A stretch of DNA of 64,000 bases from a virus (lineage: Duplodnaviria; Heunggongvirae; Uroviricota; Caudoviricetes), in the IMG/VR virus record IMGVR_UViG_3300035698_032497; one strand, given 5' to 3'. Both the position numbers and the translations under genes were made by a program. Positions 1 through 9,024 of this stretch are shown here, piece after piece. Under the pieces are notes generated by a model that saw nothing but the letters and a program-made list of their open reading frames with translations, was not told the origin of the DNA and did no database searches. Every line of letters begins with the position of its first letter. Positions within the stretch are counted from its first letter, which is position 1.

Positions 1-140
1 CTCGACTTCCTGGTTCTCTCGTCAGGCGAGAGCGCCAGGTTCAGTCCGATGGTCGTGCCGATTGTGCTCATGGGTGCCCGTGACGTGGTCGTGCCGAGTC
101 ACAGTATACCGTGTCGTGGCGGTTCGGGCAGTCTCCGTCG

Positions 141-3100
141 TCATCCTGCTTTTATCGAGTCCAGGCGGCCAGTGAAGCGTTCCATGTCCGTGAACAGATC
201 TGGCTTCAGGTCGAGCTCGAGGTCGAGGTCGAAGTGGGCTCTCTTTCCGTCGTTGAAGATCACAGTGAGCATGACCGGCTGTCTCGACTCTGGGCGGGCC
301 ACGGCTCGGTGCGTTTCGAGCACGGAGAGCAGATGAGTCTCTCTTCCTACGAGCTCATGGTCATGCAGTACGATCTCTGCTGATCTGCTCATCCACCGCC
401 GATACTCGTCGAGCGATCGGATCTCTTCTACCAGGAACTTTCCCTCGGCTCCGTCCTTGTCGAGCGCTCCCTTGATAATGACCGCTGCGCCCTTCTTGAT
501 GAGATGCTTGTAGCGTCTGGTGGTCTCGGGGAAGCAGCTCACCTCGACGATGGCGTCAGGGCTCGAGAGCGTCAGGAAGACCATCTCACGGCCGCCCCTG
601 GTCGTGATTTTGTGGATTTTGCTGATGATCCCCATGGTGCGAAACGGCTTGTGCGCCTTGGCCGTGTCCATCGTTCCGATGCTCTTGTCGCACACGGTCG
701 ACCTGAGGGTGGCAGCGTACTGATCGAGGGGGTGCCCGGTGAGCCAGATCCCGACGGCCTTGAGCTCTTCGTCCATCCTCTTGGACCAGGTCCACGGCTC
801 GGATGCTTCTCTGGCGGCTTCCGCTTCGGCTTCCTTCTTGGGGTTCTTTTTCTTCGTCGGTGGCTTGGACAGAAGGGACAGGTCCCTCCGAGGCTCGAGG
901 TGGTCGAAGGCTCCGACCCGGCAGAGGTTGCTGAAGGCGGTCTTGGAGACCATCCTCCTGGTCGTTCTTCGGAGGAAGTCTTCGACGCTCTCGAAGGGGC
1001 CGTCTTCTTTCCTTAGTCGTTCGATCTCGTTGACCGCTGTCTGTCCGACGTTCTTGACCGCTGAGAGCCCGAAGCGCACCTTGCCCTCTTCCACGTGGAA
1101 GATTCCCCGGCTCTTGTTGATGTCTGGGCCGAGTATTTCGAGTCCGTTCTGTCGGCAGTTGCAGATGTAGGCCAGCAGCTTCTCACTCTTGTGAGCTTCC
1201 CAGGTCATGGCAGCGGCCATCATCTGGGGACGGTAGTGGGCTTTCATCCACGCGGTTTGCCAGGTTATAAGACCATAAGCGGCAGAGTGGGATAGATTGA
1301 ATCCGTAGCCAGAGAAGTGGTCGATCATGTCGAAGATGTGGTTGGCCTGCTTGGACTCGATGCCGTTGTCGGCAGCTCCGGCGACGAACCTGGCGCGCTG
1401 TGCCTGCATCTCGGACGCGATCTTCTTGCCCATGGCGCGTCGCAGCAGGTCGGCGTCACCGAGCGAGTACCCGGCGAGCACTTGTGCGGACTGCATGACC
1501 TGTTCCTGGTAGACGATGACGCCGTGGCTGCGCTTCAGGACGGGCTCGAGCAGTGGGTGGAAGTAGGTGACCTCTTCTCTCCCGTGCTTTCTCTCGACGT
1601 AGTCGTCGACCATCCCGGACTGCAGCGGGCCGGGCCTGTACAGCGCGAGGGTGGCGATGACGTCATGGATGTTGGACGGCTTGAGACGCCTCAACAGGTC
1701 CTGCATGCCGTAGGATTCGACCTGGAACAATCCATGTGTGTCTCCCTTACTGAGCAGCTCGAGCGTCCTGGCGTCGTCCAGGGGGATTCTGGAGAGGTCT
1801 GGTGTCACACCTGTGGCTTCCCTGACCAGTTCTGTTGCCTGGAGAAGGATGTCGAGCGTCTTCAGCCCGAGGAAGTCGAACTTGATCAGCCCGAGGTAAT
1901 CGACAGCCTTCATGTCGACGCCGACGACGTTCTTCATGGCGGCGTTCTTCTTGGTGCTCTCCTTCATGCGATGGACGGGGGCGTAGTCCGACATCGGGCC
2001 CGGGGTGATGACGACCCCCGCGGCGTGCACGCCCCACTGTCGGATGCCGCCTTTGAGCATTCTGGCTAGCTCGAACGCTCTCCTGATGACGGGATCGTTG
2101 TCGTACAGGGCCTTCAGCTGCTCATCGGCCTCGATGGCGAGCTCGACGGTCTTGGCGTCTCCGACCAGCTTGGTGAGACGGTCGGAGTCGGAGAAGAACA
2201 TTCCGATTCCGCGGCCCGCGTCTTTGACCGATCCCTTGGCCAGCGTGGTTCCGTAGGTGATGATCTGGCCGACGCACTCTTCTCCGTATCTTTTCTTGAC
2301 GTGCTGGATGACCTCTTCCCGCCTTGCTCTTCCGAAGTCGACGTCCACGTCCGGCATACTTTTTCGAGCCGGGTTCAGGAATCTCTCGAATAGCAGGTTG
2401 AAAGCCATAGAATCGACATCGGTGATCCTCATCGCCCAGGCGACCAGGCTACCTGCGACGCTCCCTCTTCCGGGCCCGACAGGGATGCCTCGGTCCTTGG
2501 CCCAGTTGATGAACTCGGCCACGATCAGCATGTAGGCACAAAACCCCATGCCATGGATCATCTCGATCTCGCTGGCGAGTCTCTCTCTGTAGACGCCTTC
2601 GTCGAGGTCTTCGTTGTTTTCTCTGGCAGTGCGGAGCCTCACCTCGAGGCCCTGTTCGGCGTACCAGATGAAGTACTCGTCCGTCAGTGACCAGCCTTCA
2701 CGCGTGGCGGCTGGTGCTGGCGGCCTGCTGACGTCTCCATAGGCGGCCGGTGGCTGGAACCACTCGTGGATCCACCTCCAGCGGTTCTTGTTTCCCTCGA
2801 TCTCGGGGGGAGGATCGCTCTGCGGGAAGTGGAATATCCCTGTTGGGGGCTCATAGTTGCAGCGTTCGGCCACCTCGAGGGTGCGATCGATGGCGTCGAT
2901 GTCGTCCGGGAACAGCTCCTCCAGCTCGCTCCTGCTCTTGAAGTAGAGCTGGTCCGTATCGAGCGACATGCCTTTCAGGCGGAGGTGGTCGACGTGGATC
3001 TTCAGTCCGTTGGCCCTTAGGAGCTCCAGCCCGACAGCCCCATGTGGGTACAGGTAGCGTGGTGGGCTGGTGACGACGGTCTTCACGAGGTGGCTGTTCG

Positions 3101-3704
3101 CCCATGTTCTCCCTCGTCCGAGAGCCTCGCGTTGCCCTGGGAGACCCTGGTCGCACAGCTCGACGTACATGTCGTTGTGCCCGAAGATCGCCAGCAGGTG
3201 ACCTGCGAGATCGTCATGTTCCTCGAACCGAAACACTCCGTGCCTGTCCGTTGTCAGGCAGATCAGGCCGTCGCTGTGGGCGTCGAGGATGCTCCAGTCG
3301 ACCCTCGGCTTGTAGTGCATGTGGGTCTGCGCGATGGTGCTCATCCTGCACAGGTTCCTGTGACCGACCTCGTCCTTGGCCAGCAGGGCGATGCTCCATC
3401 CGTTGTCCGGCATCTCTTCGTTCAGCAGCTCGACGTCTTCCGTCATCCACACCGTCATCCCGAAGATCGGCTTGGGGAACGTGAGGAGCTTGGTCTCCTC
3501 ACCTTCCTTCTTCGCTTCGGCGACTTCCGCTCTCAGCCCTTTGACGGCCTTGACCATCTGTACCAGGCAGCAGAGGTTGCTGTCGTCGGTGATGCTGATG
3601 GCCGGCATCCCCATCTTGGAGGCTGCCCGGACGAGTTTCTCTGGAGACAGCAAGCTCTGCATCAGCGTGTGGCCGCTGTAGGCCCTGAGATGCACGAAGT
3701 TCAT
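141..3704 (-). CDS. dnaE: DNA polymerase III alpha subunit (DnaE-type, PHP + pol core)
   Basis: 1187-aa ORF; Pol IIIalpha core block GFCAYMLIVAEFINWAKDRGIPVGPGRGSVAGSLVAWAMRITDVDS; N-terminal PHP-like region. Confidence 0.9.
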   Translation of the reverse strand: MNFVHLRAYSGHTLMQSLLSPEKLVRAASKMGMPAISITDDSNLCCLVQMVKAVKGLRAEVAEAKKEGEETKLLTFPKPIFGMTVWMTEDVELLNEEMPDNGWSIALLAKDEVGHRNLCRMSTIAQTHMHYKPRVDWSILDAHSDGLICLTTDRHGVFRFEEHDDLAGHLLAIFGHNDMYVELCDQGLPGQREALGRGRTWANSHLVKTVVTSPPRYLYPHGAVGLELLRANGLKIHVDHLRLKGMSLDTDQLYFKSRSELEELFPDDIDAIDRTLEVAERCNYEPPTGIFHFPQSDPPPEIEGNKNRWRWIHEWFQPPAAYGDVSRPPAPAATREGWSLTDEYFIWYAEQGLEVRLRTARENNEDLDEGVYRERLASEIEMIHGMGFCAYMLIVAEFINWAKDRGIPVGPGRGSVAGSLVAWAMRITDVDSMAFNLLFERFLNPARKSMPDVDVDFGRARREEVIQHVKKRYGEECVGQIITYGTTLAKGSVKDAGRGIGMFFSDSDRLTKLVGDAKTVELAIEADEQLKALYDNDPVIRRAFELARMLKGGIRQWGVHAAGVVITPGPMSDYAPVHRMKESTKKNAAMKNVVGVDMKAVDYLGLIKFDFLGLKTLDILLQATELVREATGVTPDLSRIPLDDARTLELLSKGDTHGLFQVESYGMQDLLRRLKPSNIHDVIATLALYRPGPLQSGMVDDYVERKHGREEVTYFHPLLEPVLKRSHGVIVYQEQVMQSAQVLAGYSLGDADLLRRAMGKKIASEMQAQRARFVAGAADNGIESKQANHIFDMIDHFSGYGFNLSHSAAYGLITWQTAWMKAHYRPQMMAAAMTWEAHKSEKLLAYICNCRQNGLEILGPDINKSRGIFHVEEGKVRFGLSAVKNVGQTAVNEIERLRKEDGPFESVEDFLRRTTRRMVSKTAFSNLCRVGAFDHLEPRRDLSLLSKPPTKKKNPKKEAEAEAAREASEPWTWSKRMDEELKAVGIWLTGHPLDQYAATLRSTVCDKSIGTMDTAKAHKPFRTMGIISKIHKITTRGGREMVFLTLSSPDAIVEVSCFPETTRRYKHLIKKGAAVIIKGALDKDGAEGKFLVEEIRSLDEYRRWMSRSAEIVLHDHELVGRETHLLSVLETHRAVARPESRQPVMLTVIFNDGKRAHFDLDLELDLKPDLFTDMERFTGRLDSIKAG

Positions 3705-3730
3705 CTGTTCTCCGGATGATGTCCTTCCGC

Positions 3731-4318
3731 CTATGCTATAGGCTCTTCGTCATCCTCGTCATCCCCGTCTTCTTCGTCACCAGTGGGTCCCTGGAGATCC
3801 TGGTCGATGGCATCCTCGAGTGCGATCAGCCCTTCGTCGTCTTCGTCCAGCTCTTCGTCCTGCTCGTCGTCCTCATCGAGCGCCTGCTCCGCTTCGTCCG
3901 TCAGCGGGATGTCGAGCTCGACGATGCCTTCCTGATCGACCACGTATCCGGCGCCCTCGAGCAGGAGGGCGAAGCCCCATGCCAGATCTTCGTGGGAGTA
4001 GCTCTTCTTGATGCCGGGAGACTTGGTCGAGTTCCAGGTGCCCTTTCCGAGCTCCTTGACGTTGATGGTGACGTTGAGGAACGGATCGCGGCCCTCACCG
4101 GCCTCGAGCGCCTGTAGGTGCTCCTTGAGCGCGCCCTTGGCGGTGCGCTGGATTTGCCTGTCCAGGACGCTCTCCATGGACCTGCGTAGCTTCTCCAGCT
4201 TCAGCATGTCGTCGATGCGCTGTCGTTTTTCGGTATGCTGCGTCATGAGCTTGGCGATGAACTCATCGTGGATGGTTCTCACCATCTCGGCGATCTTTTC
4301 GGGGCTGGTGATGCCCAT
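3731..4318 (-). CDS. hypothetical protein with acidic C-terminus
   Basis: 195 aa, balanced composition, GGAGG RBS before ATG; immediately upstream of dnaE on same strand. Confidence 0.6.
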   Translation of the reverse strand: MGITSPEKIAEMVRTIHDEFIAKLMTQHTEKRQRIDDMLKLEKLRRSMESVLDRQIQRTAKGALKEHLQALEAGEGRDPFLNVTINVKELGKGTWNSTKSPGIKKSYSHEDLAWGFALLLEGAGYVVDQEGIVELDIPLTDEAEQALDEDDEQDEELDEDDEGLIALEDAIDQDLQGPTGDEEDGDDEDDEEPIA

Positions 4319-4370
4319 ATTGTTCCTCCGTTATGACAGGAAAGATTGACACTGGTAGTATCATGGAGAT

Positions 4371-4460
4371 GATACTCCGTCAAAGGTGCGAACGGATCCA
4401 GATCACGTCAACCGGACGATACTCCGTCAAAGGTGCGAACGGATCCAGGTCACGTCAACC
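4371..4460. repeat. tandem direct repeat, 2 x 43 nt (period 47) GATACTCCGTCAAAGGTGCGAACGGATCCAG[A/G]TCACGTCAACC
   Basis: Two copies with one mismatch, in the intergenic region between two minus-strand genes (upstream of 3731..4318). Confidence 0.8.
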
Positions 4461-4925
4461 CGATCGTCGTGCTCGCTCTGTCCTGTCCCTCCACCACTCT
4501 CTATCCAGCCGTTCGCCTATGATCTTCGTGGCGCGACCATCGCAGTAGGTCTCTTCGGTGTCGTGGTCGTGAAAAGCGTCTCCGCTCCTGGGGAGATTGG
4601 GGGTCACCCTGTTCATGGTCCGTTTCACGTCTGGCATTGTCTTCAGCTCGTGGTGGCCGAGCTCGTGTGCGATGAGCCATGCGATGGATTTTTGGGTCTC
4701 TGTCGGGTCGACGAAGATGTCGGCCACGTTGCCTATGCTTCTCGCTCTGAACTGCCATGGCTGCAGTCCGACCTTTCCAGTGATCTGGCCGACCATTCTT
4801 CTGGGCCAGATCCTGATGGTGACCCACGGGAATGGGAACTCGGACTCGAGTCGCTCCAGGGTCCATGAGTCTGGCACCCATGGCCTGGCTTCTGGATGGA
4901 CCTCTATGGAGTATTTGCGGTTCAT
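4455..4925 (-). CDS. zinc metallopeptidase, HExxH (ImmA/IrrE-like)
   Basis: Motif WLIAHELGHHE. Start trimmed to the internal ATG (MNRKYSIEV) with a GGAG RBS. The longer track ORF N-terminus is Ser-rich and overlaps the divergent 5020 gene. Confidence 0.55.
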   Translation of the reverse strand: MNRKYSIEVHPEARPWVPDSWTLERLESEFPFPWVTIRIWPRRMVGQITGKVGLQPWQFRARSIGNVADIFVDPTETQKSIAWLIAHELGHHELKTMPDVKRTMNRVTPNLPRSGDAFHDHDTEETYCDGRATKIIGERLDREWWRDRTERARRSG

Positions 4926-5019
4926 GGGACACTCCTGTTGGTACATGATAACCTGGTGTTCGAGGCGTTGGGCCCGATCCCCTGCGCTGCTGTCTCGTGA
5001 CCCGTAGGAGAAGACTGCT

Positions 5020-5526
5020 GTGAGTGGGCCTGCCGACATCGAATCCTCGAAATCCACGATGGATAAGCTCGCCGACGTAATCGACGAGCTCGGGATCATG
5101 TCGAGTCCGGAGGTTTTCGAGCTTCTCTCGTCGGTTTCGTTCGATGCGTCGGGGTCGGTCGAGAGCATCTCCGAAGATCTCCCGATCATGGTGCTCGAGG
5201 TCATCTCGGCCGGTTCGGTCGATCGGGGCGTCTCGGTGAAGACGAGGAACGTTCTACTCGGAGCGTCGTCCCCGAGGTCGGTGGCCAGGTACGTCAGGAG
5301 AGTGCCAGATGCGGTGATCGATCCGGAGGCTCTGGAGTTCCTCTCGGGGGTTGTGAGCTCTGTTTCTCCCATGCTATGGCTGCTGTCGAACATGGAGGAT
5401 GGCGAGCCTGTCCGTCGTGTTGACGGGGCCCTGGTGTGTGGATCTTCGTCCGTGACGGTGAGTGGGCTCGAAAATATGTCGAAGTGGATGAGCAGCAGGC
5501 TGGAAGAGCTAAGGCAGAAGGGGTAA
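5020..5526 (+). CDS. hypothetical protein
   Basis: 168 aa; GC-rich third codon positions; AGGAG RBS 8 nt before GTG. Confidence 0.45.
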   Translation: MSGPADIESSKSTMDKLADVIDELGIMSSPEVFELLSSVSFDASGSVESISEDLPIMVLEVISAGSVDRGVSVKTRNVLLGASSPRSVARYVRRVPDAVIDPEALEFLSGVVSSVSPMLWLLSNMEDGEPVRRVDGALVCGSSSVTVSGLENMSKWMSSRLEELRQKG

Positions 5527-5530
5527 CGGC

Positions 5531-6100
5531 ATGTGGTTGATGATGTCAGCGGTGACGGTCGCGGTAGCGCAGCAGACGGCCGCGAACCCTCCAGCGGACC
5601 AGTTCGTCTTCGACGCCAAGACTATTGTCTCCATCGTTGCGGTTTGCCTCACGGTTCTCATGGCGATCTATACGATCTCGAGGAACAGGCGGACCGATCT
5701 GTCCAACGACATCGAGAAGGTGAAGGCGCAGCTGCAGCAGCAGGTAGGAGACGCCAAGGCGTCCCTGGAAGAGCACGCCAAGAGCACCAAGAAGGGCCTG
5801 GAAGAACACGCCAAGCAGGCGCACGGCAGGGTGAGCAAGCAGGTCGGTGACTGTGACAAACGTTTCGAGAAGCTCGAAGGTAAGGACATGTCCTTCGAGA
5901 GTCGGATACAGGATCTCGAGAAGAACATGAGCCGCTGTGAGGGTGCAGACTTCCCGAGAAGGGTCTCAGAGGTCGAGAAGTCGGCGTCCCTTCATGGCCT
6001 GGCGATCGAGAGGATCGGTACGGAAGTCAAGGGCGCCAAGGTTACCCTGGCGGGTGCTGTGGCCAAGATCGATCGTATGGTTTCGAGAGAAGGAGCATGA
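5531..6100 (+). CDS. membrane-anchored coiled-coil protein
   Basis: N-terminal TM helix, KVKAQLQQQ/EEHAK heptad-like repeats; RBS GAAGGGG. Confidence 0.6.
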   Translation: MWLMMSAVTVAVAQQTAANPPADQFVFDAKTIVSIVAVCLTVLMAIYTISRNRRTDLSNDIEKVKAQLQQQVGDAKASLEEHAKSTKKGLEEHAKQAHGRVSKQVGDCDKRFEKLEGKDMSFESRIQDLEKNMSRCEGADFPRRVSEVEKSASLHGLAIERIGTEVKGAKVTLAGAVAKIDRMVSREGA

Positions 6101-6357
6101 CCATGGGTACCGTCAGAGAGTCCAACCATCGTGATCTGGCAGAGATCAGGGAGCTGCTCGTTGGCGTTGGGGAGAGCCTCGATCGGGCGGTGGAGGAGGT
6201 TGAGAGGTGCAAGGGGAGCTGCACTGTCGTTCGACCTTCAGAGACGCAAGAGCAGACCAGGACACCGACAAATGGTGGTGGTCGTGTTCTGGTGACCGGG
6301 GCGACTACGGTCTCTTCAGGAGGATCAGCGCTGTCCCTATACCCAGAAGACCCATAG
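6097..6357 (+). CDS. small hypothetical protein
   Basis: AAGGAG RBS; start overlaps the previous stop (ATGA). Confidence 0.35.
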   Translation: MTMGTVRESNHRDLAEIRELLVGVGESLDRAVEEVERCKGSCTVVRPSETQEQTRTPTNGGGRVLVTGATTVSSGGSALSLYPEDP

Positions 6358-7774
6358 CCAGCGCTCCCCCTCCGCCGCCTGGCTGTTCTCCGCTTCTCTG
6401 AACGGAGTCTTCCGTCCAGATCTCTTCTGGCGTTTTTTTTTCTTGCTTCGGCGCCTCCGGGGCGTATCCTTCGGCCGGAACGATGCGGTAGAGGCCGTCT
6501 ATGTCCAACGTTGTCTGTCTTTCGATATGGCTTGGTGTTGTTGGTGCTACCGGCCTTGGGCTTCTCGCTTTTCTGTCAGCGAGTATGGACTCTCTCAGGA
6601 CCGAGATCGGGATGCTCCACGGCGGCTGGTTCGAGACGAACTTCTTTCCACGGGACTCTGCGTCGGCCTTTTCGTCCTTGTTCTTTGTTGTGTACGCCTT
6701 CTCCGTCATGTCCTGGTATTTTGGCAGGTCTGCGTACGGGAGCATCTGGAGATGGGACGGATCCTGATGGAGGCCGTGGTGCTGCCAAGAGGTGTCCAGG
6801 CCGAGGTTCTGTTGTCGTTCCGATGCTCCGATGATGAGCCCGTGTTCTTCTGTCAGACGCGCCAGGTCTTTGAAGAACTCGATGGCCTTCTGAAAATCGT
6901 TCAGGCTCAGTATGCGCCCTTGGGATCTGGGGTCGTTGCCTCTTCCGTATCTGTAGTCCTTGTCGACGATGTCAACGGCCATGGACATCGGGTTGCCGCT
7001 GCTGTCGAGGACGTTGTGAAAGCTGAACCTTCTAGCGGTATGACCGTCGATGTACAGTTTCTGTTGGCTCATTCCGGAGCGCCACCCAGATACGACGATC
7101 GGATCCCATTCGAGCTTTCTGAGCTGCTCGAGGATGATCTCCACCTTTCGGGCCAGGCCTGGGTGAAGGGACATGATCTGCTGGATCATTGGCCAGTCGC
7201 TCTCTTCCACTCCTCTTGTCCAGTCCGGTAGCCAGGCTGCTGCGCCGAAGCTCTCGTTGACGATCGTCGTGGCTGACCCGGCCGTCCCGATAGCGAGGTG
7301 TGGGTAGAGGGCTTCCGCGATGTTCGCGCGGAGCTCACCCTTCTCTTCCGCGTTCTTTGGGCGCAGCATGTGGATGCACATCAGCTTCGAGAGCTCTCCG
7401 ACGCGTCTCTCGCCGCGAGCGTAGGCTTTGACCACGGGTCGTCCGAAGTGTCCGTTCAGCTCGTCCACCATTCTCTCGGCGTTCGTCTTCGGGTCTTCGA
7501 TCTGGGTCTCTGTCATGCCTATTCCGGCCCCGCCACAGCGGTTCAGCTGAAACAGGCCGCCGCTGCAGTATCTTCGCTCGTCCTTGTGCCAGTCTCCCCA
7601 CCTCTTCGGGTCCAGGTTGCTCTCCATGTAGGCGTTGGCCACGGCCGCGGCCTGAATGGACGGCCCGTATCCAGCCGCAGCGAAGGCCCGACCGATGACT
7701 CCGGCCATCTTTCGTTGGCCGACGTCGAGGCTCTTGGCCATGCTTTCGATCGGGACCGGGTCGTAGGCCACCAT
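6305..7774 (-). CDS. endolysin with M15 (VanY-like) peptidase domain, C-terminal TM segment
   Basis: SFHNV…GNPMSMAVDIVD matches the SxHxxGxAxD zinc-peptidase signature; lysozyme-like N-terminal region; GGAGG RBS; adjacent to holin-like genes. Confidence 0.6.
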   Translation of the reverse strand: MVAYDPVPIESMAKSLDVGQRKMAGVIGRAFAAAGYGPSIQAAAVANAYMESNLDPKRWGDWHKDERRYCSGGLFQLNRCGGAGIGMTETQIEDPKTNAERMVDELNGHFGRPVVKAYARGERRVGELSKLMCIHMLRPKNAEEKGELRANIAEALYPHLAIGTAGSATTIVNESFGAAAWLPDWTRGVEESDWPMIQQIMSLHPGLARKVEIILEQLRKLEWDPIVVSGWRSGMSQQKLYIDGHTARRFSFHNVLDSSGNPMSMAVDIVDKDYRYGRGNDPRSQGRILSLNDFQKAIEFFKDLARLTEEHGLIIGASERQQNLGLDTSWQHHGLHQDPSHLQMLPYADLPKYQDMTEKAYTTKNKDEKADAESRGKKFVSNQPPWSIPISVLRESILADRKARSPRPVAPTTPSHIERQTTLDIDGLYRIVPAEGYAPEAPKQEKKTPEEIWTEDSVQRSGEQPGGGGGALAMGLLGIGTALILLKRP

Positions 7775-7813
7775 GTGGCTACCTCCTGCTCGACCATCGT
7801 ACCCCGAGCGGGA

Positions 7814-8248
7814 CTATAGCACCAGCAGGATGACCACGACGGTGACGATGGCGCCACCTGTCCCTGTTCCCATGAAGAACGCGCGCCATCGCTCTCTGCG
7901 GCACTCCTTCAGGGCCCCCTTGCAGACGGACAGGTCGTGAGCTGTGTCCTGGTGAGCGGACGCTTCTTGGGTCCGATCGTTGTCACAGGCCGCGACCTGC
8001 TCTTTCAGTTTTTGGGTGGCTTCGACGTAAGGCTCGAGCTCGGCGACCCTGGCGTTGGCTTCACGGATGGCGTCGGGGTGTACGACCCAGTGGTTCTCGA
8101 TGCCCGGGATAGTGGTTGGGGTGATGACCACCTGCTCACCTTCTTCGGGGCGAGCGATGATGACGACGCCATGTTCGTTCTTCTCGACCTGTGCCCCGAA
8201 CGAGATTGAGCAGAGCAGAGCGAGAACAGGGAGGAAGATCATGGTCAC
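7814..8248 (-). CDS. lysis-cassette membrane/secreted protein (spanin- or LysB-like position)
   Basis: N-terminal signal-like and C-terminal TM segments; sits between holin-like genes and the endolysin. Confidence 0.45.
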   Translation of the reverse strand: MTMIFLPVLALLCSISFGAQVEKNEHGVVIIARPEEGEQVVITPTTIPGIENHWVVHPDAIREANARVAELEPYVEATQKLKEQVAACDNDRTQEASAHQDTAHDLSVCKGALKECRRERWRAFFMGTGTGGAIVTVVVILLVL

Positions 8249-8631
8249 TCCTTTGGCGGAGTCGGAGTTGGAGCGCCGATGTTCGTGCCGAAGGTGGAGC
8301 CGAAGTTCTCTGCGGTGGTGTCGTCGCCGGCCTCTCTGGCCTCTTCGCCCTTGATCACAGACTCGGAGACGGCCTCTTGGATGATCTTTTCTGCATCGTC
8401 GATGTGCGGCTCAGGGGGGTTTACGACGACATGCTCGTCGTCCGGATCGATGGGAGCCGGTGGCTTTCTGCGTCCCCTGAGAGCGAGCGTCACCATGGCG
8501 AAGGCGTTGACGGCGTACGAGACCCACTTCAACCACTGTGGGATCTCACGGCCGTTGAACTTGAGCCACGCCATCCAGCCGAGTAGCCCGAGGCCGGCGG
8601 CGAGTAGCACCCAAGGGACTGCGTCCCACAT
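8245..8631 (-). CDS. holin-like membrane protein
   Basis: Two N-terminal TM helices and a charged C-terminus; overlaps its neighbours by 4 nt. Confidence 0.5.
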   Translation of the reverse strand: MWDAVPWVLLAAGLGLLGWMAWLKFNGREIPQWLKWVSYAVNAFAMVTLALRGRRKPPAPIDPDDEHVVVNPPEPHIDDAEKIIQEAVSESVIKGEEAREAGDDTTAENFGSTFGTNIGAPTPTPPKE

Positions 8632-8903
8632 CAGGGAGCCTCATCGTCGACAGTGGGAGACTCGCTGTTGCGCCTGCCCCAGTAGATAGCGCCGAGGGCT
8701 GCCAGGATGGCGCCAGGCAGTGCGGCGTCCATCTCGCCCGGCTGCCAGTCCAGCGAGCCGATGGAGAGCCCCGCGCCCACCAGGAATTGCACGACGACGA
8801 TGGCGCAGGCGACGTTGAGCCACAAGGTGGTGTAGCTGAACCCTCCGTCGCCCGGGGACTGCCAGGGCCAGCGGAAGATCTTCTTCTGTTTGTCGATGAT
8901 CAT
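8631..8903 (-). CDS. holin-like membrane protein
   Basis: 90 aa with 2 TM helices; first gene of the minus-strand lysis operon. Confidence 0.5.
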   Translation of the reverse strand: MIIDKQKKIFRWPWQSPGDGGFSYTTLWLNVACAIVVVQFLVGAGLSIGSLDWQPGEMDAALPGAILAALGAIYWGRRNSESPTVDDEAP

Positions 8904-8976
8904 GACAACCTCCTGTCGGGGCTCATGGTATCACGACCGAACGCTCTTGGGCACCCTCATGAGCGGCTTGTGGACG

Positions 8977-9005
8977 TTGCCACTGTCAGTAGAGAGAGTT
9001 ACTCT
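8977..9005 (+). promoter_or_regulatory. class-A phage promoter: TTGCCA-17-TACTCT with embedded palindrome
   Basis: TTGCCACTGTCAGTAGAGAGAGTTACTCT, 20 nt upstream of the methyltransferase RBS; near-identical to the copies at 21654 and 35086. Confidence 0.6.
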
Positions 9006-9024
9006 TGAGACAGGAGAATCGCCC

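Noticed and set aside
1-140. Possible features at the window edge (49..383 plus-strand ORFs)
   Set aside because: They overlap the dnaE 3' end antisense with low-complexity translation. The 140-nt flank is too short to interpret.
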